From Pseudomonadota bacterium (GTDB lineage: Bacteria; Pseudomonadota; Gammaproteobacteria; Steroidobacterales; Steroidobacteraceae), in assembly GCA_016713725.1 (NCBI GenBank), contig JADJOO010000020.1, positions 4,192 through 68,191 on the forward strand: a DNA stretch of 64,000 nucleotides. The letters run 5' to 3'. Below, piece after piece: positions 11,039-20,533 of this stretch. The number at the start of each line of letters is the position of its first letter. Position 1 is the first letter of the stretch. The notes under the pieces were generated by a model. The model was not told where the DNA came from and ran no database searches. It saw only the letters and a list, made by a program, of their open reading frames with translations. The position numbers were made by a program, and so were the translations under genes.

Positions 11039-11385
11039 CAAATGGTGCCCGTAAGCGGCTTCGTCCGCCGCATCGTGAACGACGATCCGAATCGTTACAT
11101 CGACTGTGCCGCTGTCCCAGCACGCTCGGGTATTGCAGCTCGCATTTCGACGATTCGCTGCCTCGCCTTCGGCTGACCGATTCGGAGGGCCCGGATGTCC
11201 TCGCATGCGGGACCGCATTGGCGTGTTTGACCCCGCGGACCTGGTCAGTGTAACTTGAACGCTGTTCTGATATAGAAATGCAGACGCGGGCGTGACGGCG
11301 TCTCGTCCCGGAGGTGGATTGCGTCGCTGGACCAGGGCGCGGGCCGTCAGGCGGGCCTCAGGGCCGGAGCAACGCGGAGGCATCG

Positions 11386-12177
11386 ATGGATCTTTTCTCA
11401 CTCAGCGGCAGGGTTGCGCTCGTGACCGGCGCGTCGCGGGGACTTGGCAAGTCCATGGCGCAGGCTCTGGCACGTGCTGGAGCGACGGTAGTGCTGACGG
11501 CCCGTGATGTGGCGCGCCTCGAGGAGGTCGCCAGTGAGATCCGCCGTGAGGGGCACCAGGCTCACGTGGACGCATTTGATCTGCTAAACGAGGAAGCGGT
11601 GGTGGCTGCGGTCCCCAGAGTCGTCGAGCGCTTCGGACGCCTGGACATCCTCCTCAATAACGCAGGAATTTACGTCACGAGCAAGTTGCTGGATTCGACG
11701 CTGGAACTCTGGCACCGCACGATGGATACCAACCTCACGGCTGCGTACCTGCTGGCGCGTGAGGCGGCGCGGTCGATGATCCCCCAGAAGTCCGGTCGCA
11801 TCATCAACGTTGGCTCATATTGCTCGGTGCTGGGCAGGGAGCGCATGCAGGCCTATGCCGCGAGCAAGCACGGTCTTGCGGGACTCACCAAGTCGCTGGC
11901 CGGCGAGCTTGGGCGCTACGGCATTAACTGCAACGCCATAGCGCCCGGTTACTTCATGACCGACATGATCGAGCGGGTGGCCGATGACGCGGACCTGATG
12001 CAGGCTTTTACTGGCGCGATTGCCCTCAATCGTTTCGGCCGTCCGGACGAGGTTTGCGGTGCAGCGGTCTTTCTGGCCTCGGATGCCGCGTCCTACGTCA
12101 ACGGCCACATTTTGCATGTCGACGGCGGCGTGGCGAACGTCGTCTGCATCCGGCCGGTCAGAAGTCCCAAGCCGTGA
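11386..12177 (+). CDS. SDR-family oxidoreductase
   Basis: VALVTGASRGLG Rossmann motif and YAASKHGLAGLTKSLA catalytic motif. ATG at 11386 lies within ORF 11314-12177. Confidence 0.9.
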   Translation: MDLFSLSGRVALVTGASRGLGKSMAQALARAGATVVLTARDVARLEEVASEIRREGHQAHVDAFDLLNEEAVVAAVPRVVERFGRLDILLNNAGIYVTSKLLDSTLELWHRTMDTNLTAAYLLAREAARSMIPQKSGRIINVGSYCSVLGRERMQAYAASKHGLAGLTKSLAGELGRYGINCNAIAPGYFMTDMIERVADDADLMQAFTGAIALNRFGRPDEVCGAAVFLASDAASYVNGHILHVDGGVANVVCIRPVRSPKP

Positions 12178-12479
12178 TCCACTGCGGACCGAGGCAGGTG
12201 ATGCAGTACCGGGGTATGACGACGGCGTCGTGCGCGGCATCGATGAATTCGAGTGCCGATCCGTTGTTCGTACGGGCGGCGACTACTGCATCGAATTCGA
12301 CAGGCGCGACTGGGACCAGTTCAACGCGGCCCAGTACCCGGACGCGCGTTGGAATACCGGGCTGCCATTTGATACGTTCAACTGCGACGAACGAACCGGG
12401 AAAGCGGCTAATGACGTGCTATACGCTGTGTGGCGTGACTCTCATCACCTGGCGACGAATCCAAGGCTGACGTTCAAGT

Positions 12480-13094
12480 ATGAGCTGCTGGGCGCTAGTA
12501 CCGATCAAGGCTCGTCCCGAGTGCAAGGGTCGGTTGTCCGGCTGGCTTGCGCCTTCGGAACGAATCGACATCGTGCGGGAGATGGTCGGACGCGTGCTGG
12601 CAGCCCTGCGGGATGCACCCTCGATCGACAGCATCGCCGTCGTGACACCCGAGCGTGACTGGTTGCGCCCCGAGGTGCTGGTACTCGACGACCCGGGCCG
12701 TGGTCTCAATGCGGCTCTCGATTCAGCTCGTCGCGAACTCATTGTGCGGGGCATCGACGAACTCGTCGTGCTGCATGCCGACCTGCCGTTCGTCACTGCG
12801 ACCGACATTGAGTTGCTGGTGTCCAGGGGTCGGCGCACCGGATTCGCGCTGGCGTCAGACTCCGCTTGCTCGGGCACCAACGCGCTGTATCTCGCGCCGC
12901 CGGCGGCCTTTCGTTTTTGCTTCGGCGTGGACAGTTGTCGTCAGCACCTGCAGGAGGGTGCCCGCCTCGGCCTGACGGCCGAACTCGTTCACACGCGTGG
13001 CCTCGAATTCGACCTGGATCGAGGCGAAGACCTTTTGCAACTTTGCGAACAGGGCGATGCGCGGTTCACGTCCTTGAAACTTCTGCCGGCTTGA
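12480..13094 (+). CDS. cofC: 2-phospho-L-lactate (or PEP/3-PG) guanylyltransferase CofC/FbiD
   Basis: ALVPIKARPECKGRLS, GRGLNAAL, HADLPFVT and SGTNALYLAPP motifs. The stop overlaps the fbiC ATG (TGATG). Confidence 0.8.
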   Translation: MSCWALVPIKARPECKGRLSGWLAPSERIDIVREMVGRVLAALRDAPSIDSIAVVTPERDWLRPEVLVLDDPGRGLNAALDSARRELIVRGIDELVVLHADLPFVTATDIELLVSRGRRTGFALASDSACSGTNALYLAPPAAFRFCFGVDSCRQHLQEGARLGLTAELVHTRGLEFDLDRGEDLLQLCEQGDARFTSLKLLPA

Positions 13095-15506
13095 TGGATA
13101 TGGCTGCAACCGACTCATTACGGCTGATCGACGCTGCCGCCGCGGGCCAACGGCTCGACAGTACGGCGGCGGCGCTGCTGGTGCATGCGCCGCTCGCATC
13201 GCTCATGCACACCGCCGAGGAGCTGACCCTGGCCGGCTTCGGTTCGACGGTCAGCTACTCGCGCAAGGTCTTTATCCCGCTCACACAGTTGTGCAGGGAT
13301 GTCTGTCACTACTGCACGTTCGCGAAGGCGCCGCGCCGCCTCGCGCAGCCCTACCTGTCGCCGGATGAAGTATTGGCGATCGCGCGGGCGGGCCAGGCCC
13401 ATGGTTGCAAGGAAGCACTGTTCACGCTGGGCGACAAGCCGGAATTGCGCTATGCCGTGGCTCGCCGCGCGCTCGCTCAGCACGACGCCGTAACGACACT
13501 CGAATACCTCGAGCGGATGGCAGTGTTGGTGTTCCGCGAGAGCGGCTTGCTGCCGCACCTCAATCCGGGTGTCATGAATCGCGAGGAACTCGCACGCCTG
13601 CGGCCGGTCGCAGCCTCGATGGGGCTGATGCTGGAGTCGGGCGCCGAGCGGCTGGCGATGCGCGGTGGCCCGCATTTCGGCTCGCCGGACAAGCAGCCGA
13701 CGCAGCGTCTAGCGACGCTGCGCGCGGCAGGTGAACTCAGTATACCCGTGACGACTGGCCTGCTGATCGGCATCGGCGAAACCCGCCGCGAGCGGCTGGA
13801 GTCGCTACTTGGGCTGCGGGCGCTGCACGAGGAGTTCGGCCACCTCGGAAATCATCATCCAGAATTTCCGCGCCAAGCCGGGGACTCGCATGGCCTCCGG
13901 CGCCGGAGCCGACGCTCGAGGAGCAGCTCTGGACTATCGCGGTCACACGATTGCTGTTTGGTCCTCGGATGTCGATCCAGGCACCGCCGAATCTTCAGCC
14001 CAATGCGCTGGTACCGTTGCGGTCCGCCGGAATCAACGACTGGGGCGGCGGGTCACCCGTGACGCCGGATCACGTGAACCCGGAGGCGCCGTGGCCGCAT
14101 CTTGCGGCACTGGAGCGCCAGACGGAGGAAGCAGGGCGGGAACTCGTCGAGCGTCTTGCAATTACGCCCGCGTACGTGCGCGATGCGGGTCGCTGGGCAG
14201 ACGAGGGCATGGCGCGGCACATCCGCCGCATGAGCGATGCGCGGGGTTACGCGCGAACGAATGCATGGTTTGCCGGATCGGCTTCAGCGATCCCGGATGA
14301 GGCGGCGAACTGGATGTCGGGCGGTCCGCGCACTGTGGCCGGTCGGGGACGCCTGACTTCGATCCTCGCGGCAGCGCAGGCCGGACGGGATCTAGCCGAA
14401 CAGGAGATTGTTGAACTCTTTACGGTCGCGGATCACGACCTTCCGGCGGTGCTTACGGCAGCCGATGAACTGCGCAGAGTCGCCGTCGGCGAGACGGTGA
14501 CATACGTCGTCAACCGCAACATCAACTACACGAACGTCTGCAACTACCGTTGCGGGTTCTGTGCCTTTCGAAGGGGCGGAGTGCAAGGGGCCTGCGTGGC
14601 CCTGCGTACGATTTGTCCCCTGACCGAGATCGCGGAACGGACGCGCGAGGCCGCTGCGGTGGGTGCTACGGAGGTCTGCCTGCAGGGCGGCATCCACCCG
14701 AGTTACACGGGCGAGACCTATCTTCGTATCGTACGCGCAGTCAAGGAAGCGGTACCGTCGATGCACGTGCACGCATTCTCGCCGCTCGAGATCCGACACG
14801 GCGCCGCGACGCTGGGACTTGAGCTGCGGGAGTATCTGTCGCGGCTCGCCGCTGACGGACTCTCGAGCCTGCCAGGGACCGCGGCAGAGATTCTGGATGA
14901 CGAGGTGCGTAGAGTCATCTGCCCGGACAAGCTGACGACGTCAGAGTGGCTGGAGACGGTAGCTGATGCGCATGCCGTGGGGCTCAGGTCGACCGCAACG
15001 ATCATGTACGGCCATGTGGACGCGCCGGTGCACTGGGCACGTCACCTGCTGCGAGTCCGCGCGCTGCAGGCAGCGACTGGCGGGATCACCGAGTTCGTGC
15101 CGTTGCCGTACGTCCACATGGAGGCCCCCCTCTGGCGCCGCGGTCTCACGCGTTCGGGGCCGACCTTCCGCGAGGCGGTGCTGATGCACGCGGTCGCGCG
15201 ACTCGTGCTGCATCCGCTGGTGACAAACATCCAGGTCTCGTGGGTCAAGATGGGGCCCGAAGGCGCGGCGCTGTGTCTGCGAGCCGGAGCCAACGACCTC
15301 GGCGGAACTTTGATGAATGAATCGATCAGCGCGCGGCCGGTGGCGTGCACGGTCAACTGCTGACCCGCGAGCAGCTCGCGGCCATTGCTGCTAGCCTCGG
15401 ACGGCCGATCCGACAGCGCACAACGTTCTACCAGAGCACTGAGCAGAAAGTGGCGTGTGGTGGTTCGCGTCGCGTCGCTGCTGCAGCCGCCGATTCGTTC
15501 GCCTGA
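13094..15506 (+). pseudogene. fbiC: Bifunctional FO synthase FbiC (CofG+CofH radical-SAM domains), at least 5 frameshifts as sequenced
   Basis: CofG half (CRDVCHYCTFA...) and CofH half (NYTNVCNYRCGFCAF..., GGTLMNESIS). Frame changes lie near 13850, 13900, 14570, 14620 and 15340. The C-terminus (...GRPIRQRTTFYQS...) ends at TGA 15504-15506. Confidence 0.8.
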
Positions 15507-15614
15507 ATTTCGACGTGACCTGCTTGAAATACGGCTACAACGCGTCGGCCGGTCCATGGTCTCGACACGGTCGGAGCATCAAGGCGCGATCTAATCTTTC
15601 GGAGCACCATCGGT

Positions 15615-16298
15615 ATGAATGAGGCGACCTTCCCTGTAGTTGCTGTCATCGGCGGCACAGGCAACCTTGGTCACGCCCTTGCCAGGCGCTGGGCGCAGGC
15701 CGGCTACACGCTGGTGCTTGGGTCGCGTGACTCCGTCCGCGCCGACGCCGCGGCGACGGCAATGCGAGATGCGGTTCCCAATGCCAGGGTGCGAGGCCTT
15801 ACGAATCGAGATGCAGCGCTTGCGGCCGATATCGTTGTTCTGGCCGTGCCGTACGCTTCGCAGGAGGCAACCCTCGATGAGATTCGGGACGCCGTACAAG
15901 GCAAGTTAGTGGTCGACACAACCGTGCCACTTGTGCCGCCGAAGGTCATGCGCGTGCAACTTCCTCCGGAGGGTTCGGCGGCAGTTCGAGCACAGGGACT
16001 CCTGGGGCCGGCTGTGACGGTCGCCTCTGCGTTTCACAGCACAGCCGCACATCGATTGGAGACCGATGACACGATTGATTGTGACGTATTGGTCTTTGGT
16101 GACTCAGGGAAGCGCGTGATCGCGTCATGGGAGCTCGTCTCGGCAGCGAGGCTTCGCGGCCTTCATGGCGGCGCATTGGCGAACTCGGCTGCCGCCGAGG
16201 CATTGACGTCGGTCCTCATCTTCATCAATAAGCACTATACAGCCGACGGGGCTGGCATCCGCATCACAGGAAAGCTGATCCCACCCGCACCAGGTTGA
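15615..16298 (+). CDS. npdG: NADPH-dependent F420 reductase (Fno/NpdG)
   Basis: VAVIGGTGNLGHALARRWAQAGYTLVLGSRD plus a family-like C-terminus, inside the F420 cluster. Confidence 0.8.
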   Translation: MNEATFPVVAVIGGTGNLGHALARRWAQAGYTLVLGSRDSVRADAAATAMRDAVPNARVRGLTNRDAALAADIVVLAVPYASQEATLDEIRDAVQGKLVVDTTVPLVPPKVMRVQLPPEGSAAVRAQGLLGPAVTVASAFHSTAAHRLETDDTIDCDVLVFGDSGKRVIASWELVSAARLRGLHGGALANSAAAEALTSVLIFINKHYTADGAGIRITGKLIPPAPG

Positions 16299-17074
16299 GT
16301 GTGATGGCCAGCGCGTCGCTGATTTTCCATGCGCTGCCCAGCATTCCGGAGATTGCGCCGGGAACCGACCTTGCGTCGATCGCGGAGCACGCACTGCTGG
16401 CCGCCCGGATCGAGGTGCGCGCTGGCGATGTACTGGTTTTCGCGCAGAAAGTCGTCTCCAAGGCTGAAGGCCGCTTGGTGCGGCTCCGTGACGTCCAGCC
16501 TTCGAGCCGGGCGCTGGAACTCGCAGCGCGCTGCCTGAAAGACCCGCGACTGGTGGAACTGGTCCTGGCCGAATCGAGCGAGGTGGTCCGGGTCGCGCCC
16601 AATGTCCTGGTGACCCGACACCGTTGTGGATACGTCATGGCCAATGCGGGCATCGATCATTCGAACACCGGTACGGCACCGGATGCCGGTGTGGTGCTGC
16701 TCCTGCCGATCGACGCTGATGCATCCGCGCGCGCGCTGTGCAGCGCGCTCCGAGCCCGGCTCGGCATCGCTCCGGGCGTGATCGTCAGCGACAGTTTTGG
16801 CCGGCCGTGTCGCATGGGAACGGTCAATGTCGCGCTGGGTGTGGACGGGTTGCCGTCAATCGTGGACATGCGTGGTGGGTGCGATCGCGACGGGCGCAGG
16901 CTGCAGGTCACTCAGGTAGCGATCGCAGACGCCATTGCTGCCGGTGCAGGCCTGGCCATGGGCGAGGCCGCCGAGGGAGCGCCGATCGTGCACGTGCGGG
17001 GCTTTGCGTCGACCGAGCCATGCAGTGACGGCCAAGCACTGATCCGCCCGGCGAAGGAGGACCTGTTTCGGTGA
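16295..17074 (+). CDS. cofE: Coenzyme F420-0:L-glutamate ligase CofE (single domain, no FbiB-type C-terminal nitroreductase domain)
   Basis: VFAQKVVSKAEGR, VMANAGIDHSN, VIVSDSFGRP.R.G..NVALG motifs. Overlaps the npdG stop and the cofD start. Confidence 0.85.
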   Translation: MSVMASASLIFHALPSIPEIAPGTDLASIAEHALLAARIEVRAGDVLVFAQKVVSKAEGRLVRLRDVQPSSRALELAARCLKDPRLVELVLAESSEVVRVAPNVLVTRHRCGYVMANAGIDHSNTGTAPDAGVVLLLPIDADASARALCSALRARLGIAPGVIVSDSFGRPCRMGTVNVALGVDGLPSIVDMRGGCDRDGRRLQVTQVAIADAIAAGAGLAMGEAAEGAPIVHVRGFASTEPCSDGQALIRPAKEDLFR

Positions 17075-18045
17075 CCAAGACTGCGAAAGTGCTCGCCATC
17101 TCGGGTGGCATCGGTGGCGCCAAGCTGGCGCTTGGTTTGCAGCGCGTGCTGCCGCCGGGCGACCTTGCCGTGCTCGTGAATACCGGCGACGATTTCCGGC
17201 ATCTCGGGCTCGCGATCTCGCCCGACCTTGATACGGTGCTCTACACATTTGCCGGCGTTGCCAATGCCGGGGCCGGTTGGGGTCGCGAAGGCGAAACCTG
17301 GAATTTTCTCGAGGAACTGCGTCGGATCGACGGCCCAGCCTGGTTCCAGCTGGGCGACCGCGACCTCGTGGTCCACGTCGAGCGGACGAGCCGGCTGGCC
17401 CTCGGTGAGTCACTCACTTCGATCATGGCCGCCCTCGGCCGCCGATTCGGCGTGCCGAGTGCGATCCTTCCGATGACCGACGACGCGGTGGCCACCCTGC
17501 TCGACACGGACGCCGGAGTGCTGGAGTTCCAGGAGTACTTCGTGCGCCGGCGTTGTGAACCGAGGATTCGTGCCGTGCGGTACGCAGGGGCCGCAACCGC
17601 TACCGCAAACCCGGCGTTGACCGGGCTGCTGGCGTCGCCGGAGCTGGAATGCGTGGTGATTTGCCCGTCGAATCCGTACCTGAGCATCGGACCGGTCCTC
17701 GCGATCGCTGGGTTGCGCGACGCCCTGGCCCGCTGCCCCGTCCCCGTCGTGGTGATCTCGCCGATCATCGGCGGGCGCGCGGTCAAAGGGCCGACGGTCA
17801 AGCTGATGCGTGAACTCGGTGTCGATGTTTCACCACGATCCATCACGGAGCACTATGCAGGCCTCATCGACGGCCTCGTGGTCGATTCCGAGGACATGGC
17901 GTTTGCATCGGCCACTGGGGTGCCTACGCTAGTGACGCCAACGCTCATGCAGACCCTTGTCGACCGCGAGGCACTGGCGCGGGCCGCGCTCGGTTTCGCG
18001 GCATCGCTGGCGGCCGCGCCGCGGTTGCCGAGAACTGTACCGTAA
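17071..18045 (+). CDS. cofD: 2-phospho-L-lactate transferase CofD/FbiA
   Basis: VLAISGGIGGAKLALGL...VNTGDDF.HLGL.ISPDLDTVLYT. GTGA overlap with cofE. Confidence 0.9.
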   Translation: MTKTAKVLAISGGIGGAKLALGLQRVLPPGDLAVLVNTGDDFRHLGLAISPDLDTVLYTFAGVANAGAGWGREGETWNFLEELRRIDGPAWFQLGDRDLVVHVERTSRLALGESLTSIMAALGRRFGVPSAILPMTDDAVATLLDTDAGVLEFQEYFVRRRCEPRIRAVRYAGAATATANPALTGLLASPELECVVICPSNPYLSIGPVLAIAGLRDALARCPVPVVVISPIIGGRAVKGPTVKLMRELGVDVSPRSITEHYAGLIDGLVVDSEDMAFASATGVPTLVTPTLMQTLVDREALARAALGFAASLAAAPRLPRTVP

Positions 18046-18197
18046 GCGGCTACGCCGCTACTTCCGCGTCTCCGTATCAGCCCGGCCAACCTGTGCAGCC
18101 TGGCTGCGCGCTTCACTATCCGCCGGCGACACTTTGACGATGCTTTCGTCGTCGCTGTTCCGCGCGCCGGTAGGACTCAGCCCGAGGAGTAGCCCCT

Positions 18198-18326
18198 GGC
18201 GATCGATCCAGTCGTTCTTCCCGAGCTTGGAAAGGCAGACACGCGCCCGGGAAGAACGACTGGATCGATCGCCTGCGGCACGGCGCCTGGGCTCGTCCTC
18301 GGCGCGCCGAAAACTGCGCACGGCGC
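18198..18326 (-). repeat. Two-hairpin repeat element, copy A (3' of the minus-strand TBDR gene)
   Basis: Perfect 26-bp stem (18198-18223 / 18248-18273) around a loop containing GCGCGTGTCTGCCTTTCCAAGCT (sense orientation), plus a 5' module at 18284-18326. The same loop and 5' module recur at 24171-24292. Confidence 0.7.
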
Positions 18327-18372
18327 ACGGTGCGTCGAGATGTGGCAACCCCAGCGTATGAGTCCGGTGGGC

Positions 18373-20463
18373 CTAAAACCTTACGGTCGCGGCAACCCGC
18401 AGCGTGCGCGGCTCCGCAGGATGGAAGTGAATGTCGGCGACGGGCTGCGATTCGCTGGGCAGCTGCGACTCGTAGAAGTAGCTGATGTCGCTGGCTTCCG
18501 CATCGAACAGGTTGAAGACCGACGCCATCACGCTCAGGCGTGGCGAGAAGCGGTAGCCGGCCTGCGCATTCACGGTCGAGGTCGAGTGCGAGCGTACGCT
18601 GTTGTCCTCGATCAGCGGGGCCGGGCCGAAGTAACGCCAGCGGGCGCCACCGAACCAGCCCAAGTCGCGCTGGATGCTGAGGCCGACCGACACGACGGTC
18701 TCCACGGCACCGGGAATGTAGTTGCCCGCGGGGTCGTACTCGGTGAACCGGGCATGCGACCACGAGTAGTCCGCGTCCAGGATCACCGTTTCGAACGGGG
18801 TCCAGTACGCGCCGAGTTCGACGCCATAGCGCCGGGTTGCGCGGCTTGGCTCGGTGATGCCGCCGTCACCGACGAACAGCAGTTCCGAGTCGATGTCCAG
18901 GTTCCACAAGGCGGCCGTCAACTGCAGGCCGGGCACAGCCGCGGTGCGGACGCCGATTTCCGTGCCGGTGGCCGGCACGATTGGATCGACGGGATCGGCC
19001 TGGGTAACTCCGTCCGTGGGATCGACGCGGATCGTCGTGCCGCGGGCGTCGTTGGTGTGAAAGCCGCGACCCGCGTTCAGGAAGACCTCCGTCTCCGCCC
19101 ACGGCCCCAGCACGACCGTCAGTTTCGGGCTCGCGATCGAATCGGTCTCGTCGCCGGAGTTGGCCGGGAGATCGCTGTCGACCGAGAAATCCAGGTAGTC
19201 GAAGCGGAGTCCCGCCTCCGTGCGCAGCCAGTCCGTCCAGCGCTGGTCATGGATGACGTAGGCCGAGTACTGCGCCTGGCGGACGTCGTCCTTGCGGATC
19301 GTCTCGAACCGCTCGCGGGCGAAGGTCCGGTACAAGGCGACCGGTGTGATGTCGTCCATGCGCAGTTCGGCGCCGGCGCGCAGTGAGCCGTCGAGCCCGT
19401 TCAACGAAGCCGGCAAGTCGTACTCGAAGTGACCGCCGTACACGCGGCGACTGTCGTACTGCTCGAACTGGTCGCCGTCGACCGGGTCGAGCGCGTAGGT
19501 GAAGTTCGAGAACAGGTCGAGGTGGTAGTCGATGGCGTAGGCCAGCGCCGACCAGCCGCGCCCGTCGTGCCGGGACCACGCGTCGAGCGACAGGCTGTAG
19601 CGATGCGACTCGCCGCCCGTGGTGTCGTCCACGTGACCGAAGCGCGGGATCAACCCGGCATCCACGGCCCGCTGCGGAACCTGGTCGGTGCTGTCCCAGC
19701 TGCCGTCGTAGCCCATGCCCGTGACGGCGAACCCGGCCTCGGCAGTGCCGCGGCTGTACTTGATGACCCCGCTGGTCTTCTGGAAATCCTCGGGCAGTGT
19801 CCAGGGCCCGTCGGTCTGCGACCAGTCGAGGCCCAGCAGCAGCGTCCCGCCCGCCACCTGCGGCGAGGCGCTGGCGAACAGCCGATAGTAGTTGTCCTCG
19901 CCGACCGTCAGGCCCAGCGTTGGCGCGCCGCTGTCGCGGATGTAGGAGATGCGCGCCGCGCCGGCCGCCGAGAAGTTTCCTTCTTCAGCAAAGTAGGGAC
20001 CCTTGCGGTATTGCACGGTATCCACCAGCTCGTGGACCAGGAAGTTGATGTCGGCGTACCCCTGGCCATGGGCGTGGGTCGGCATGTTCACCGGCACGCC
20101 GTCCACGTAGCTCGCAAAGTCGGTGCCATGGTCGAGGTTGAAGCCGCGCAGGAAATACTGGTTCGCCTTGCCGTCGCCACTGTGCTGCGTGACAACCAGC
20201 CCGGGTACGACCTCGAGCACTTCGCCGGGTCGCAGGACCGGCCGGCCCTGCAGCTGCGCACTCGTGACGATGCCTTCGCTCGCGGCCCGCGACTCGCCGA
20301 TCAGCCCGATGCGCTGGGCAGTGACCACGATCTCCTCGAGCGGGGTGCCGGTGGGAATGCCGGAGGCCAGGGCGCTGCCCGGCAATGCCAGGATGACGAG
20401 CGCTGCGGCGGTTGCCAGCGACGGTTGGCGCTGATTGCGTGGCATGGGCAGGCTGTCCATCAT
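18373..20463 (-). CDS. TonB-dependent receptor, probably nickel-regulated
   Basis: Signal peptide, plug (EEIVVTAQR, NQYFLRGFNLDHGTD) and terminal ...ATVRF. A NikR-type operator lies in its promoter. Confidence 0.9.
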   Translation of the reverse strand: MMDSLPMPRNQRQPSLATAAALVILALPGSALASGIPTGTPLEEIVVTAQRIGLIGESRAASEGIVTSAQLQGRPVLRPGEVLEVVPGLVVTQHSGDGKANQYFLRGFNLDHGTDFASYVDGVPVNMPTHAHGQGYADINFLVHELVDTVQYRKGPYFAEEGNFSAAGAARISYIRDSGAPTLGLTVGEDNYYRLFASASPQVAGGTLLLGLDWSQTDGPWTLPEDFQKTSGVIKYSRGTAEAGFAVTGMGYDGSWDSTDQVPQRAVDAGLIPRFGHVDDTTGGESHRYSLSLDAWSRHDGRGWSALAYAIDYHLDLFSNFTYALDPVDGDQFEQYDSRRVYGGHFEYDLPASLNGLDGSLRAGAELRMDDITPVALYRTFARERFETIRKDDVRQAQYSAYVIHDQRWTDWLRTEAGLRFDYLDFSVDSDLPANSGDETDSIASPKLTVVLGPWAETEVFLNAGRGFHTNDARGTTIRVDPTDGVTQADPVDPIVPATGTEIGVRTAAVPGLQLTAALWNLDIDSELLFVGDGGITEPSRATRRYGVELGAYWTPFETVILDADYSWSHARFTEYDPAGNYIPGAVETVVSVGLSIQRDLGWFGGARWRYFGPAPLIEDNSVRSHSTSTVNAQAGYRFSPRLSVMASVFNLFDAEASDISYFYESQLPSESQPVADIHFHPAEPRTLRVAATVRF

Positions 20464-20504
20464 GAACTCCCGGCTTCAACCGACGGGCGGTGCTCCGGGT
20501 CCGG

Positions 20505-20533
20505 AGACTATCCGGCGGTATGATGTTTATCAA
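20505..20533 (-). promoter_or_regulatory. Candidate sigma70 promoter of the TBDR gene (TTGATA-N17-TAGTCT on the minus strand)
   Basis: The -35 hexamer (20528-20533) lies inside the NikR-type palindrome. The -10 hexamer is at 20505-20510. Confidence 0.4.

Noticed and set aside
11039-11385. A 350-bp gap between the CMD and SDR genes as a hidden gene or ncRNA
   Set aside because: It contains only a 44-codon ORF (11042-11176) with no recognisable features and no convincing structure or repeats. Nothing can be supported from the sequence alone.
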